Source: a virus (taxonomy: Duplodnaviria; Caudoviricetes). From it: DNA of 38,067 nt. Positions 35,202-38,067 of this stretch are shown piece by piece (the stretch's first letter is position 1; every line of letters starts with the position of its first letter). The position numbers and the translations under genes were made by a program. The notes beneath the pieces were generated by a model. It made no database searches. It saw only the letters and a list, made by a program, of their open reading frames with translations, and was not told where the DNA came from. Where the stretch lies: positions 1-38,067 of the IMG/VR virus record IMGVR_UViG_3300037310_000065, one strand, 5' to 3'.

Positions 35202-37774
35202 GCAGCACACCATATACCGAGTTAGCGAATCGTCTCGCGCCGTATCTGATCGAAAAATTCAAAAAAGCAGGGAACGGCACGAGCGGCACGAGCAGTAGCG
35301 CGTCATGGCGTCCACCGCGTGTGTTTTACAGCGAGGACTATGGACTCGCTGGGCTGGGCGCGGACGAGGCGAGTTTAGCGAATAGTTTTTTGGCGCAGGT
35401 TGCAGCGCAGGGGGGGGGTATTGCGGTGTTTGCGTCGCGCGATCCAAACGGCTATTTCGTTTTTGACGCGACGGTCAACGTATTTTCTAACAACACGCAC
35501 GTTGTTTTCGCGCCGAGCGCAGGCGCGAACGTCAAATACACTGCAAACACAGTCATCCGCATCATGGGTGAGTTCGACGAATTTACGCGCAATCCGTCGG
35601 GAAACAAACTCAAACTCCGTGCAGCGTCATTCGACGACGCAAATAGCAGAATGGTGTTGCCGTTGGCGACGGGTGAGGGCGCGTATCTGCTCGTCGGCGA
35701 CAAAATAACGGTGCGCGGACAAAACGACATCAACGGCAAAGCGATTCAAAAACAAACGACGTTCGTCTATTCGATCGTCGGCGACGATGTGACATGCGTC
35801 GATGAATCAGACTACACGTTTCAACCGACCTATCCGCAGTCTGAATATCCGCCCGATTTGACAACTGGCACGACGATTGCGGTCGTTCGCTACAGCAATT
35901 TCACGACGGACATCAGCGCTGGCGCGGCATCTGCAACCGTCACAGATGCGAGCATTTTCTCCGTCGGCGATGTCGTGTATGTCAGCGATGGACGAGTCGA
36001 GCATGACGTACAGCCAAATTCCGCGCGCGTTTATCGCAACGCTGCGGTGATGGAGTATGCAAAAATCGTTGGCATCACAGGCAACGTCATCTCGTTTGAG
36101 CATGCGCTCGAGCGTTCGTATCTGACGTCGTTCTACGGCGGTGTCTCGCGCGTGCTACCCGTCCGTCATTCGAGCATTTCGGGCGTCGTTGGCGAGTGGC
36201 TTGCCGACGGCGCGTCACGCTCGCAAAATGCATTGCAGGTCGGATACGGATACGATTGTCAGATACACGACTGCTATTTAGACGGTGCGAACGGAAGAAA
36301 AGGACACGCGATACGGATATCCAATTCGTATCGTTGCGCGGTCTATCGCAATCACATCGACGGCGCAAAATTTTTCGACTCGGGCGAGGGATACGGCATC
36401 ACCTGCTACTATTCCACGAACTGCGACATCAGACAAAATTACATCAATGGATGTCGCCACAACATATTGTTTCAGGCAGCGACAAACTGCCGAGCGTTCG
36501 AGAACTACTGCGACAACGATTACGTCTCGTCAATCGACGGACACAGCGCAAACTCTCAGGGACTACATATATTCAACAACGTGGTTACACGTTCGCGCGG
36601 ACGCGGTGGAAGCGTCACATCTGGCACGCTCGTAACGACAGCAGGCGGGATCAGAATCGGAAACGGGTCGCATGTGTGCGGCGATCACAACGTGGTTGTC
36701 GAGGGAAATTGGATTACACGCTACAACGGCACGTCAGCAGATTTGCCCGAATGCTCGGCGATTGATATTTATCCGTCATCGCGTGATGTGACGGTGCGCA
36801 ACAATCAGGTCATCGACTGCACAAACGGCATCGAGCTACACGCGGTGTCGAACACTGTCCCAGAAACGATCACAGGGTTCAACTGGCTGTTTCAGGGTAA
36901 TCGTCTATTGCGATGCACGAATCCAGTAAAAACGAACAGTAGCACGACCAATAGCGTGTTCGACAGAATCACGTTCGAGGGCAACATCGACGAGGGCAAC
37001 GCAAACCATTTTGAGCTGAACAAGTTGCTCAATCTAAAAATGCTGAATAACGCCGTGATTCATTCGGTGAACACGGCGGCTAAATACGGAATCAATGCGA
37101 AAAACTGTACAAACATCACAATCTCAGGTAACAAACTCGACGGATGCAATCGCGGTATCAATATCGAGAACTGCGGCGCGACAATCGTTGAATACAACGC
37201 GCTGAACCGTTTGCTAGAGACTGAGGTGTTTCGAGACGGCGGCGGGAATAACGGTTCGCTCGTCCGCTACAACACTGATTTGCTGAACGTCGGAATCCCC
37301 GCGTACACGATCACAACATCGACTGGCATCACGATTGCGCGCGCGTCGAAAATCACGACGATACGCGCAACGTTAGCAGATAACACGACAACGACGAGCG
37401 TGATTCCAATCGACAACACGTTGCCAGACCGAACGCTCGGTGAAGGTTTGGAGATCATCACAACAAATTATTCGGTCGTCAATCGGGGGGGGGTAATCAA
37501 GGTCACGTGTGTCGTGCCGACGATGGAAATTTCGGTGACGACGAATGTCGCGCTGGCGCTATTTGTCGAGGACACGTGTATCGGCGTGCAGGCGTTGCGT
37601 GTGACGACAGGTGGGTCGTCGGGCGAGGGGATCATCTGTACAGGTGAGTTCATTGCGACAGCGGATACACACACGATCAGCGCACGGATCGGCGTGCGCG
37701 AATCGACGACGACGCTGACGCTGAAATCGAAATTTGCTGCGCTCGGTCAACCGCTCCTCGTGATCGAAGAATAG
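35198..37774 (+). CDS. Tailspike/receptor-binding protein with a right-handed beta-helix (pectate-lyase-like)
   Basis: Asn/Cys-ladder repeats (GYGI..., NYINGCRH, VVEGNWI, VTVRNNQVIDCTNGI, ITISGNKLDGCNRGI). Confidence 0.85.
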   Translation: MSSTPYTELANRLAPYLIEKFKKAGNGTSGTSSSASWRPPRVFYSEDYGLAGLGADEASLANSFLAQVAAQGGGIAVFASRDPNGYFVFDATVNVFSNNTHVVFAPSAGANVKYTANTVIRIMGEFDEFTRNPSGNKLKLRAASFDDANSRMVLPLATGEGAYLLVGDKITVRGQNDINGKAIQKQTTFVYSIVGDDVTCVDESDYTFQPTYPQSEYPPDLTTGTTIAVVRYSNFTTDISAGAASATVTDASIFSVGDVVYVSDGRVEHDVQPNSARVYRNAAVMEYAKIVGITGNVISFEHALERSYLTSFYGGVSRVLPVRHSSISGVVGEWLADGASRSQNALQVGYGYDCQIHDCYLDGANGRKGHAIRISNSYRCAVYRNHIDGAKFFDSGEGYGITCYYSTNCDIRQNYINGCRHNILFQAATNCRAFENYCDNDYVSSIDGHSANSQGLHIFNNVVTRSRGRGGSVTSGTLVTTAGGIRIGNGSHVCGDHNVVVEGNWITRYNGTSADLPECSAIDIYPSSRDVTVRNNQVIDCTNGIELHAVSNTVPETITGFNWLFQGNRLLRCTNPVKTNSSTTNSVFDRITFEGNIDEGNANHFELNKLLNLKMLNNAVIHSVNTAAKYGINAKNCTNITISGNKLDGCNRGINIENCGATIVEYNALNRLLETEVFRDGGGNNGSLVRYNTDLLNVGIPAYTITTSTGITIARASKITTIRATLADNTTTTSVIPIDNTLPDRTLGEGLEIITTNYSVVNRGGVIKVTCVVPTMEISVTTNVALALFVEDTCIGVQALRVTTGGSSGEGIICTGEFIATADTHTISARIGVRESTTTLTLKSKFAALGQPLLVIEE

Positions 37775-38067
37775 CGCGCGAACAGGGTAGTTATGCCCCC
37801 CCCGCACGATATGCCAAATAAAACCGTGCGATATGTTACCTAATCCTCATTGTGTAACATTAGATACGTGGCATCTATATCGACAAAATGGGGGTGTCCG
37901 TCCATGCAGCGACCGACATTGCGGTTTTGTTGTTTGTCGCTAGCGTCTAGCCTGCGGCGCGAACGTGGCTGACGCTGCACGCTCTCACGTTGTGTCGCGT
38001 GCGCGTGATGGTGACGGATTATCGCGCGTCATCCGCGCGGCTAGACCCAAGTCGCAGCTAGATTTCA

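Noticed and set aside
35198-37774. Diversity-generating retroelement targeting the tailspike
   Set aside because: No reverse transcriptase and no template/variable repeat pair seen
37781-37803. AACAGGGTAGTTATGCCCCC as an isolated iteron
   Set aside because: Only loose similarity and a single copy
1-38067. tRNA/rRNA genes and att sites
   Set aside because: No cloverleaf or rRNA-like sequence recognised; att sites cannot be assigned without flanking host sequence

Overview
The window is most of a temperate, siphovirus-like tailed phage or prophage. The host is probably Chloroflexota, judged from a 'VWLPIV' C-terminal motif, Pro/Thr-rich SH3 proteins and an EAD7-like gene. Gene order on +: C-terminus of a tyrosine integrase, HNH nuclease, a short leftward early block, then replication genes (wHTH initiator with internal iterons, DnaB-like helicase, prim-pol). 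Cell-envelope accessory genes, a LexA-like DNA-binding protein and RusA follow, then the lysis cassette, terminase, head genes and tail genes (tail chaperone with -1 frameshift, tape measure, beta-helix tailspike). The strongest unexplained signal is a ~70-nt minus-strand small RNA (9768->9699) with its own consensus promoter and terminator. Its 5' end (GCUGGUUGGUUG) and terminator loop (UCGCUAG) are both complementary to the start regions of at least six dispersed genes, including rep and the helicase, which suggests a trans-acting RNA repressor or immunity system. Other signals are 12 in-frame G/C homopolymers of 9-10 nt, a second candidate -1 frameshift in an early membrane-protein gene, further structured RNAs, a standalone EAD/death-like domain in the lysis cassette, and apparent avoidance of GGCC/CCGG-type sites. 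All protein calls come from motif recognition by eye; no database searches were run.
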